64,000 bases of DNA from Capsulimonadaceae bacterium (GTDB lineage: Bacteria > Armatimonadota > Armatimonadia > Armatimonadales > Capsulimonadaceae). The DNA is taken from contig OZ255823.1 of the NCBI GenBank assembly GCA_965277455.1, positions 2,438,250-2,502,249 of the forward strand, given 5' to 3'. The translations under genes were made by a program, and so were the position numbers. The stretch's first letter is position 1, and each line of letters starts with the position of its first letter. Below, one piece after another: positions 50,766-58,531 of the stretch. Below the pieces are notes generated by a model that did no database searches, had not been told where the DNA came from, and worked only from the letters and a program-made list of their open reading frames with translations.

Positions 50766-51452
50766 ATGGGTGGATACTACATCAATGTCAGCCTCCAAGA
50801 CGCCGACCCCGCCGCCGTGCGCGGGGCTGTCACGGAGCTATTTGCCGCCGAAGGCTTCCTGCCTCTCGGCGAGCAGCCTGCCTCGCTCGTGACCGAGGAC
50901 GAAGACGCGCTGCCAGAGGGCGAGACTTGGTACGGCGTCCTCGTCAGCGGCAAGGCAGGCGCAGGCTGGGTGACGGTCTACGTCGACGACTGGCAGGACA
51001 GCGGCTTGCTGGCAAAGCATTTGTCCAAGACGCTTGGCACACCCGCGCTGGAAGTCTGGGTGGCCGATGACATTCACTGGGGCTACACCTATTACGAGCG
51101 CGGCGCAGTGCGGGACCGCTTCGCCGATGACCCTGCCGCCCTCGCCGACACTCCCGAAGAAGCCGCGCTGTATGTCGGCCAAGCCGATACTCTGGCCCCC
51201 GTCCTGCAAGTGCCGCCGTCGCAGTTTGCCACAACGCTGACCGACGCCCGTGCAAGCGCCGGGCAGTTCGCAGGCGGCCCGCTGGACGCCGTCGCGCTGG
51301 CCGTCGGCCTGCCGTTTGAGCATCTGTTCACTGGCTACGACTATTTTTTCGAGGATGACCCCGACGACTACGCACAGGATTTGGAAGACTGGCCCGCCTT
51401 CCGCCACCTTGCCTTTCAGCCCCCGGCGGGGCGGGAGACGCTTTCGGAGTAA
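50766..51452 (+). CDS. Hypothetical acidic protein
   Basis: 228-aa ORF tightly packed with the next two genes. I recognise no motif. Confidence 0.5.
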   Translation: MGGYYINVSLQDADPAAVRGAVTELFAAEGFLPLGEQPASLVTEDEDALPEGETWYGVLVSGKAGAGWVTVYVDDWQDSGLLAKHLSKTLGTPALEVWVADDIHWGYTYYERGAVRDRFADDPAALADTPEEAALYVGQADTLAPVLQVPPSQFATTLTDARASAGQFAGGPLDAVALAVGLPFEHLFTGYDYFFEDDPDDYAQDLEDWPAFRHLAFQPPAGRETLSE

Positions 51453-51454
51453 AA

Positions 51455-51874
51455 ATGAACAAGGCAAAGCTGATGGTAGAAGGTCGGAGGAGACATTATT
51501 ACCGGCTGTTTAGGCTGCCGGTGCTGACCATAGCAACACTTTGGGCAGTCGTTATGCTTTGGGATATTTTCAGAACGAGTGATGCCGAGGGCAAGCTCTG
51601 GAACGCGCTCTTAGGCGGCTCCATGATAGCTTTCATCGCGCCAGTGTGGGTTTTTGTTCGGGGGCGGGTTCCGCTGTGGCTGTCACTCTTGGTCGCCTGT
51701 GCCGCTGTGTTCAGCGTTCTAATGGTAAACGCTTGGGCGTGCCGAGCAGCAGGGACGGCTGGGACTCACTTTTACGACCATTGGTGGCTGCTCCTGTTGA
51801 GCCTGGCAGGATATGGGGTTACAAAAGCATCGGCACGATCTTTTATCGCGGACGCAACCCTTGAGCCAGACTAA
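51455..51874 (+). CDS. Hypothetical membrane protein (3-4 TM helices)
   Basis: Starts 2 nt after the previous stop. Helices VLTIATLWAVVMLW, GGSMIAFIAPVWVFV, LWLSLLVACAAVFSVLMV, WWLLLLSLAGYGV. Confidence 0.45.
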   Translation: MNKAKLMVEGRRRHYYRLFRLPVLTIATLWAVVMLWDIFRTSDAEGKLWNALLGGSMIAFIAPVWVFVRGRVPLWLSLLVACAAVFSVLMVNAWACRAAGTAGTHFYDHWWLLLLSLAGYGVTKASARSFIADATLEPD

Positions 51875-53468
51875 AACCCTCCGCTCCGCCAAGCGCCAAC
51901 TGGGGCAGTTTCTTACCCCCTCCCCCATCGCCCGTCGCCTGCTGGCGGACTTCACTTTCACCCCCACTGACACCGTGCTGGAGCCGAGCTTTGGCGACGG
52001 GTCGTTTCTGCTGCCGCTGGTGGAGTCGTTCCTGGCGCTGTATGAGGGGCCACTTGCGGAGCGGCTGGCGCGGGTGCTGACGGAGAATGTGTGGGGCGTG
52101 GAGATTGACCCGGTGCTATATGAACGGGCGCTGGCGGCGATTTCTGAACACTGGGGAGTGCTGCCGGCGCGGCACAATTTGCGGAACGCGGACTTTTTCC
52201 GGGCCGAGCTGCCAAACGGTTTCACGTATGTCGTCGGCAACCCGCCGTTCGGGGGGACGATTGCACCGGAGTTGCAGGATGCTCTGGACAAGGCGCTGGG
52301 GTGGCGCGGCGGGCACAAGATTAAGAAAGAAACGTATTCGTTTTTTATTGTCAAATCAATGGATTTGCTGGGGCTGGGCGGGCGGCTGCGGTTTATTTGC
52401 AGTGACACGTTTCTGACCATCAACACGATGCAGGGATTACGAAGACATTTGCTGGACACGGGATCGCCCAGCGTAACGCGGCTGGGGGAGTTTTCGGACG
52501 AGACGCAGTACGCAATGGTGGTGCTGGACTGGGTGAAGTCGGGCCGGGCGGAGGCGGCGACGGTAGACGGTTGCCCCGTGGCGCGGGCGCAGATAGCGGC
52601 GACGGGGAACCACTCGTGGCGGGTGACGGACGAGTACGCGCCGTATTTTGCCGGGCCAAAGCTGGGCGATTTTGTGGTGGCGACAAGCGGGATGACCGTC
52701 GGGGCGAATGCGCTGTTTGTGCGGCCTATCTTGGGCAATGCCGTGACGGAGCCGTACACATTTGAGTTCTATGAAGACCCGCTCACTCTGGTGCGGGAAA
52801 TCGAACGTGCCCGGCTCGGCGTGCTGGCTTCGGCGAAGAAAGCCGACATCGCAGCGCGGGTCTGCCGGGGCGAGACGCGGCGGGCGGTGCGGGTCGTGCC
52901 GCGTGAGACGCCGCTCACCGTTCCCCTGCCCCACCCTGACTATAAGCCGTACAATAAAGCCTCGGCGGCACTAATCTATGCCCCGCCGACGCACGTAATT
53001 TATTGGAAGGATGCCGGGGACGCGGTGCTGACGTTTAAAAAGAGCGGCCCGTGGTATCTGCACGGGGTCGGCGGACGGTCGTATTTTGGGCGCGAGGGCT
53101 TGACGTGGCAGCTCATTTCGGACACGCTGAATGTGCGCTGGCTGCCGCCGGGATATATCCTGGACAGCGGCGCTCCGTGTGCGTTTCTGCGGGAGGACGT
53201 GAGCGAAGACGAGCTGTTTTTCATTCTGGGCTGGGCGCTGTCGCCGCTGTGTGGGCGGCTCTTAAAAGACGTCATCAACCACACGAAGAACATTCAGGGC
53301 AAGGATTTCGAGCGTCTGCCGTACCCGTTCTGGCTGAGCGCGGAGGCAAAGCGCGAACTGATTGCGCGGGTCCGGGAGATGGTTGCCGAAGCGCGGGCGG
53401 GGCGGGTGCTTGGGCGGGGCGACCGGAAAGTGATGGAGGTGGGGGCTGGGTATGAGCCAACCCCCTAG
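51813..53468 (+). CDS. N6-adenine DNA methyltransferase (Eco57I/TaqI-like gamma-class) with C-terminal target-recognition-like domain
   Basis: LGQFLTP, motif I EPSFGDGSF, motif IV VVGNPPFGG. The C-terminal half has TSGMTVGANALFV and ELFFILGWALSPL. An alternative TTG start at 51861 would reduce the overlap with 51455..51874. The TAG stop lies inside repeat A2. Confidence 0.75.
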   Translation: MGLQKHRHDLLSRTQPLSQTKTLRSAKRQLGQFLTPSPIARRLLADFTFTPTDTVLEPSFGDGSFLLPLVESFLALYEGPLAERLARVLTENVWGVEIDPVLYERALAAISEHWGVLPARHNLRNADFFRAELPNGFTYVVGNPPFGGTIAPELQDALDKALGWRGGHKIKKETYSFFIVKSMDLLGLGGRLRFICSDTFLTINTMQGLRRHLLDTGSPSVTRLGEFSDETQYAMVVLDWVKSGRAEAATVDGCPVARAQIAATGNHSWRVTDEYAPYFAGPKLGDFVVATSGMTVGANALFVRPILGNAVTEPYTFEFYEDPLTLVREIERARLGVLASAKKADIAARVCRGETRRAVRVVPRETPLTVPLPHPDYKPYNKASAALIYAPPTHVIYWKDAGDAVLTFKKSGPWYLHGVGGRSYFGREGLTWQLISDTLNVRWLPPGYILDSGAPCAFLREDVSEDELFFILGWALSPLCGRLLKDVINHTKNIQGKDFERLPYPFWLSAEAKRELIARVREMVAEARAGRVLGRGDRKVMEVGAGYEPTP

Positions 53469-53551
53469 CCCCCAATAATGGGGGAACCGGATTGGGAGAA
53501 GAGAAGCGTCGTCTTACTCTGGCTCCCCCATTATTGGGGGCGGGGGGGGGC
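53459..53551. mobile_element. REPIN/MITE-like element, family A copy 2
   Basis: Same arms as A1 with a different, shorter spacer. The left arm contains the TAG stop (53466-53468) of the methyltransferase. The right end abuts the stop of 53552..53980. Confidence 0.85.
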
Positions 53552-53980
53552 CTACAGCCCCCGCCGCATCAGGAAGTGCATGATGCCCGCGTCGTCGAAC
53601 TCGTCGCCTTCGGCCACGAAGCCGAGGCGCTCGTAGAAGGGAATGGCGTAGGTCTGCGCTTCCAAAATGGCTTCGTCGTAGCCCTGACGGCGGGCTTCCT
53701 CCAAAACGGCCTCCATAAGACGCAGGCCGAGGCCGCGCCCACGGGCGGATTTGATAATCGCCACGCGCCCGATTTTGGCGAGGCCGTGCTTTTCCAAAAG
53801 CCGGGCGGTGCCGAGGGGCGTGCCGCCGTCGCGCAGGAGGAAATGGGTGGCAATGGCGTCGTATTCATCCATTTCGAGGTCAAGCGGCACGTTCTGCTCT
53901 TCCACAAAGACTTCTTTGCGGAGGTCATAACAGACATCAAATTCGTCGGGCGTCGTGGTGACGGTAATCGTAATCGGCAT
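53552..53980 (-). CDS. GNAT family N-acetyltransferase
   Basis: Trimmed to ATG 53978-53980 (MPITITVTTTPDEF). Acetyl-CoA motif ARGRGLGLRLME. Confidence 0.85.
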   Translation of the reverse strand: MPITITVTTTPDEFDVCYDLRKEVFVEEQNVPLDLEMDEYDAIATHFLLRDGGTPLGTARLLEKHGLAKIGRVAIIKSARGRGLGLRLMEAVLEEARRQGYDEAILEAQTYAIPFYERLGFVAEGDEFDDAGIMHFLMRRGL

Positions 53981-53991
53981 CGGTTCTTGTC

Positions 53992-54726
53992 TCAATCCAG
54001 AAAGCGGTATTTTAAGAGCGCCCACGCGGCGTCGAAGGCATCGCGCCAGCCGATTTTCTTGCCTTCTTCGGCGGTGCGGGCGGCATAGCGGATGGGCGTC
54101 TCGTAGATTTTATACCCGCGTTTGATGATTTTTGCGGTCACTTCCGGGCAGAAGTCAAACCGCTCACAGCGCAGGGGAATGGACTCTAAGAGGGGGCGGC
54201 GGAACATCTTGTAGCAGGTCGCCTCGTCGGTCAACTTTGTGCCGAACAGCATATTGGTCAGCTTGGGCAGGAGGCGGCGAGCGTAATAAAACTTGTCCCT
54301 GACTTCGTGGTTGAGCTTGGCAGCTTCCGGCGACAGGCGGGTGCCGTAGACCACCGCCGCACCGGCGTCAATCTTTGCCAGCATCGGCAGGAAATCGCGG
54401 GGGTCATACTCGCAGTCGGCGTCCTGAATGACCACGACGTCGCCGCGTGCGTGCGAGAGGGCAACGCGAATCGCCGCGCCCTTGCCCGCGTTTTTCGGGG
54501 CATAGACGATTTTCAGGTGCGGGTCATGCCGCGCTTCCAGGGCGTGCAAACGCGCCCGCGTGCCATCGGTCGAGCCGTCGTCGACGACAATCAGCTCCAG
54601 GTCTATCGGCAGGGCCAGCACATCGGCGATAATGTCCGCGACCGTCTCGGCTTCATTGTAGACCGGCATCAGCACCGACAGGCGGGGTTTATGTGGGAAA
54701 GGCGTCATTGCTGTTGGATTGTTCAA
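53992..54726 (-). CDS. Glycosyltransferase family 2 (polyprenol-phosphate glycosyltransferase-like)
   Basis: LSVLMPVYNE, VVDDGSTDGT, and VVIQDADCEYDP (DxD). The track start is TTG; ATG at 54706-54708 (MTPFPHK) is an alternative. Confidence 0.85.
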   Translation of the reverse strand: MNNPTAMTPFPHKPRLSVLMPVYNEAETVADIIADVLALPIDLELIVVDDGSTDGTRARLHALEARHDPHLKIVYAPKNAGKGAAIRVALSHARGDVVVIQDADCEYDPRDFLPMLAKIDAGAAVVYGTRLSPEAAKLNHEVRDKFYYARRLLPKLTNMLFGTKLTDEATCYKMFRRPLLESIPLRCERFDFCPEVTAKIIKRGYKIYETPIRYAARTAEEGKKIGWRDAFDAAWALLKYRFLD

Positions 54727-54756
54727 TTTGCGGAACGCTGCCGAATGTGAGCGTAT

Positions 54757-55398
54757 TCAGGTGTTGTTTGTGGCACTCAGGCGTCGAAGATGCACTTTTG
54801 CCCGCCGATGGCCCAGCGTAGCGGCTTTTTCCAGCCAGAAGCGGCCCCAGCGCGGTGAGGCTTTTACACCTTCGCCGTCCAGATAGGACAGGCCCAGATT
54901 ATATTGCGCTTTGGTGTCTCCCTGCCGCGCTGCCACTTTGTACCAATGCACCGCCCGGTCAAAGTCAACCGGAACGCCGCAGCCTGCATGGAAGCACCAG
55001 CCTAAATCCCGCTGCGCGTCGGAGTTGCCGACTTTGGCGGCTTTCGCCAGCCAGAAGTGCATTTGTTCATAGTCCTGCGATACGCCCTCGCCTGTGCGGT
55101 AACTGAAGGCCAGATTGTACATCGCAGCATCGTGTCCCTGCCGGGCGGCCTTTTCGTACCAGCGCAGTGCTTCCGGCAGGTCAGGAGGCGTGCCGCGTCC
55201 GTGTTCGTGGCAGACGCCGACATAAAAGAGTGCCCGTAGATGTCCGGCATTTGCGGCTTGTGCCCAGAGCGGATACACAGCAGTCCAATCGGTTGGGCGC
55301 GGGCGGGTGCGCCCGTAGGCGAGCCGATAGCCGAGACGAAACAGCGCATCGGCATTGCCCGCCGCCGCCCGTTTTTGCAATGTCTGCGTCGTTTCCAT
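54757..55398 (-). CDS. Sel1-like repeat (SLR/TPR) protein
   Basis: Repeated units such as AMYNLAFSYRTGEGVSQDYEQMHFWLAKAAKVGNSDAQRDLGWCFHAGCGVPVDFDRAVHWYKVAARQG. Confidence 0.85.
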   Translation of the reverse strand: METTQTLQKRAAAGNADALFRLGYRLAYGRTRPRPTDWTAVYPLWAQAANAGHLRALFYVGVCHEHGRGTPPDLPEALRWYEKAARQGHDAAMYNLAFSYRTGEGVSQDYEQMHFWLAKAAKVGNSDAQRDLGWCFHAGCGVPVDFDRAVHWYKVAARQGDTKAQYNLGLSYLDGEGVKASPRWGRFWLEKAATLGHRRAKVHLRRLSATNNT

Positions 55399-55406
55399 AA
55401 TCTAGT

Positions 55407-55646
55407 GGCGTTGTTGCCTAACTGTCCCTGCCCCAAGAAACCATGACCCAAAAACCCATGCCATAAATGGCACGGCTCACCGGCCTGCGGCCAGAAAGTA
55501 CTGCTTCGCGGCACTCAAACATATCTATCCTAACTCTTAGCCCCGCGAAGCGGGGCTTGCTGGCGTCTGCGCCCGATAGCCGTGCCATTTATGGCATGGC
55601 TCCTGATGTCCCTGTTGGCAGCGACAACGATTTATGCAACAACGCC
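55407..55646. mobile_element. Composite palindromic element, family C copy 3 (full length)
   Basis: GGCGTTGTTGCCTAACTGTCCCTGCCCCAAGAAACCATG...CCATGCCATAAATGGCACGGCT...AGCCGTGCCATTTATGGCATGG...GATTTATGCAACAACGCC. Confidence 0.85.
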
Positions 55647-55768
55647 TAATAGCGTTCCAATTTGGTGCAATTTGGTGCAATTCTGAAATCGCCTGCAAAC
55701 TCTCAGACGCTTTCCTGCGTAGTATACCAGAATGCGCGGTGCAGATAGCCCCCGGCAAGCGTGCCTCC

Positions 55769-55797
55769 TTGACATTGGGGGCGTTCCAGCCTATAAT
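55769..55797 (+). promoter_or_regulatory. Consensus sigma70 promoter upstream of PBP1A
   Basis: TTGACA (55769-55774), 17-nt spacer, TATAAT (55792-55797). The ATG at 55815 leaves a leader of only about 10 nt with no SD. Confidence 0.6.
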
Positions 55798-55814
55798 GGT
55801 AGGCAGGTCAAACT

Positions 55815-58367
55815 ATGGCAACAACAAGCACACCAAGAACCAATTCGCCCCGGAAAAGCTCGCCGACGACGAAATCAGGCGGACGTGGGGGCGGCGGACG
55901 GACTCCGAAGCCGAAGCGTAAAGGGTCGCCGTTCTGGGGACGGGTCAAAGCCGTGTTTACCCTGCTGACGATCTTCGTGCTGCTGTCGGTGCTGACGCTG
56001 ATGGCCTGGGTGGCCGTGCGTATCCATGATATGCCGCGCACGATTGATATTGACACGGCCCCGATGGGCATTACCTATCTGTACTCGTCGGACGGGCAGG
56101 AACTGGCGGAGTTCTTTACCGAGCGGCGCAAAGTGGTTCCGATTGAAGACATCCCGAAGAACCTCCAGGATGCGACGGTGGCGTTTGAAGACAAGCGGTT
56201 TTATTCGCATTCGGGCGTCGATTTCCGGGGCATCGAGCGGGCACTGTATTCCAACTTCCGGCACGGCGATTTGAAGGGTGAGGGCGGCAGCACCATCACG
56301 CAGCAGCTTGCGCGGAACGCGGGTATCGAGGGATTGGACCGCAAAAAATCGTTCGGGCGCAAGTTCAATGAGCTGATTATCGCCAACCAAATCGAGAAAA
56401 GCTACACCAAGCAGGACATTCTTGCCAAGTATTTAAACCTTGTGAACTACGGCTCCGGCGCGTATGGCGTGGAAGCCGCCGCCGAAGTGTATTTCAACAA
56501 GCACGTCAAGCAGCTTGATCTGGCCCAGTGCGCCCTGCTGGCGGGGCTGCCGAACCGGCCCGCCGATTTTAGCCCGTACAAGGACATGGAAGCCGCCAAA
56601 GGGCAGCGCGGGCGCGTCTTGCAGCAGATGCTGGAACAGGGCAAAATCACGCCCGCGCAGTTCAATCAGGCCGTCAAAGAGCCGATTAAGCTCGCCGGGG
56701 CCAAAGCGCCGCCGCAGGGCAGCCAGATTTTCCATGCGCCGTTTTTTGTCAACTATGTGGTGGACCAACTGCGCCGCAAGTACGGCCCGGACCGGCTGTT
56801 TGAAGGCAACCTGAAAGTCTACACGACACTGAACTGGGAAATGCAGCAGGCGGCGGAAAAAGAGCTGGTGGAAGGCATCGACCGGGCGCGGCGGGCCGGG
56901 CATGGGCCGACGCAGGGCTGTTTGGTGGCGTTGGACCCCAAAACCGGCGGCATCAAGGCGATGGTTGGCGGCGTGGATTACAAGCAAAGCCAGTTCAACA
57001 TCGTGACGCAGGCGCGTCGTCAGCCCGGCTCATCGTTCAAGGCAGTGCTGTATTCGGCGGCCATCAATGACGGCTCGTTTAAAGAGAGCAGCACGGTTCT
57101 GGACGCCCCGGTGACATTCCGCTCTGGTGGCAAGCCGTACACGCCCCGCGATGACAGCGGCTACACCTACCGGCGCGTGACGCTGCGCGAGGCGATGGCG
57201 CAGTCCATCAACGTTCCCGCTATCCGGGTCATCAGTGTGATTGGCCCGCAGAACGTCGTTCGCTATGCCCGCATGATGGGTGTCAAGTCTCCCCTGGACC
57301 CCTATCTGGCGCTGGCGCTGGGGTCGAGCGGTGTGACGCCGCTGGAAATGGCGAGCGTGTATTCGACGTTCGCCGCTGGCGGTGATCACGCCGAGCCGGC
57401 GGCGTGGACGCGGCTGACCGACGCGCAGGGCAATGTGCTGGAAGATGTGCCGCCTTCGGTGGCGACGCACGTTTTGCAGAAGGACACCGTCGCACAGCTT
57501 AACGATATGCTGGGTGCGGTCATCACCGACGGCACGGCCCGCAACATCGACGGCATTGTGGCGGACGCGCACGGCAAAACAGGCACGACACAGGGCCATA
57601 AAGACGTGTGGTTTGTCGGCTACACTTCGGATTTGGTCTGCGCGGTCTGGGCCGGGCATCCCATTTACCGTTCCAAAGGACTGCCGCCCGCTTACGGAGA
57701 ACCGATGGAAGGCAGCGCGTGGGGATCCACCGTCTGCGCCCCGATCTGGGCCAAGTTTATGAGCCGAGGCATCCCCATTTTCCAGGCCGCCCGTGCCCGT
57801 GAGATCGCTCAGGAGAAGGCCAAACAAACGCCGGTAGCGAAGCCGCTCACGCAGGCTGACACCGATGCCGCCGCTGAGAACCCGCCCGCGCCCGCCGACA
57901 ATTCCGACGACACGCCGAAATCCCGCCGCCACTCCCGTCCTAATGCCGCCCGCGACAATGGCGACGGCACAGTGACGGTCAATGTCGATGACGGCTCCAA
58001 CCTACTGGCCCCCAGCGGCTCCGCCGGGTCGCACCCGGAGACATTCACCGCAGGCACGCAACCGACCGCGCTGTCCCCGCAGTATACGACTTCGGGCGGC
58101 GACAGCAGCGGCTCGCCTGACGACAGCAGCAGCCCGTCGGCATCCGGTACGGACGGCGGCAGCGGGGACACCGCCGCGCCGAGCCGCCGTTCCCGCCGGG
58201 ACCGCCGCCATGCCGATAGCGGCGACAACGTCAGCGTGATGGTCAACCCGGAAGACGGCCTGCTGGCAACCAAGTGGGACCCGCAGACGGTGCGCCGGTC
58301 GTTCCCACGCGGCCAGGAGCCGCACGAATACAGCCAGATGTACCCCCCGCCGCCGGGCGAGCAGTAG
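55815..58367 (+). CDS. Class A penicillin-binding protein (GT51 transglycosylase plus transpeptidase) with ~200-aa low-complexity C-terminal tail
   Basis: GT51 motifs EDKRFYSHSGVD and GGSTITQQL. Transpeptidase motifs SSFK, SIN and KTGTT. The tail is rich in D/S/G/P/A. Confidence 0.9.
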   Translation: MATTSTPRTNSPRKSSPTTKSGGRGGGGRTPKPKRKGSPFWGRVKAVFTLLTIFVLLSVLTLMAWVAVRIHDMPRTIDIDTAPMGITYLYSSDGQELAEFFTERRKVVPIEDIPKNLQDATVAFEDKRFYSHSGVDFRGIERALYSNFRHGDLKGEGGSTITQQLARNAGIEGLDRKKSFGRKFNELIIANQIEKSYTKQDILAKYLNLVNYGSGAYGVEAAAEVYFNKHVKQLDLAQCALLAGLPNRPADFSPYKDMEAAKGQRGRVLQQMLEQGKITPAQFNQAVKEPIKLAGAKAPPQGSQIFHAPFFVNYVVDQLRRKYGPDRLFEGNLKVYTTLNWEMQQAAEKELVEGIDRARRAGHGPTQGCLVALDPKTGGIKAMVGGVDYKQSQFNIVTQARRQPGSSFKAVLYSAAINDGSFKESSTVLDAPVTFRSGGKPYTPRDDSGYTYRRVTLREAMAQSINVPAIRVISVIGPQNVVRYARMMGVKSPLDPYLALALGSSGVTPLEMASVYSTFAAGGDHAEPAAWTRLTDAQGNVLEDVPPSVATHVLQKDTVAQLNDMLGAVITDGTARNIDGIVADAHGKTGTTQGHKDVWFVGYTSDLVCAVWAGHPIYRSKGLPPAYGEPMEGSAWGSTVCAPIWAKFMSRGIPIFQAARAREIAQEKAKQTPVAKPLTQADTDAAAENPPAPADNSDDTPKSRRHSRPNAARDNGDGTVTVNVDDGSNLLAPSGSAGSHPETFTAGTQPTALSPQYTTSGGDSSGSPDDSSSPSASGTDGGSGDTAAPSRRSRRDRRHADSGDNVSVMVNPEDGLLATKWDPQTVRRSFPRGQEPHEYSQMYPPPPGEQ

Positions 58368-58517
58368 AACCCCTCCCGCTCGTTCCTCGCTCCCTCCCCT
58401 GTTAGGGGAGGGTTAAGATACGGACAAAAGGCATAAGCCCTGCGCCAGCTCTCTTCTCCGGCTCCTTCTGTGCCCTTCCCTAACAGGGGAGGGAGCGAGG
58501 AACGAGCGGGAGGGGTC
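58368..58517. repeat. Palindromic element F (single copy in window)
   Basis: Arms of about 44 bp: ACCCCTCCCGCTCGTTCCTCGCTCCCTCCCCTGTTAGGGGAGGG / CCCTTCCCTAACAGGGGAGGGAGCGAGGAACGAGCGGGAGGGGT. It starts 1 nt after the PBP1A stop and ends 15 nt before the PBP2 ATG. Confidence 0.8.
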
Positions 58518-58531
58518 TTACCTAAAACCCT

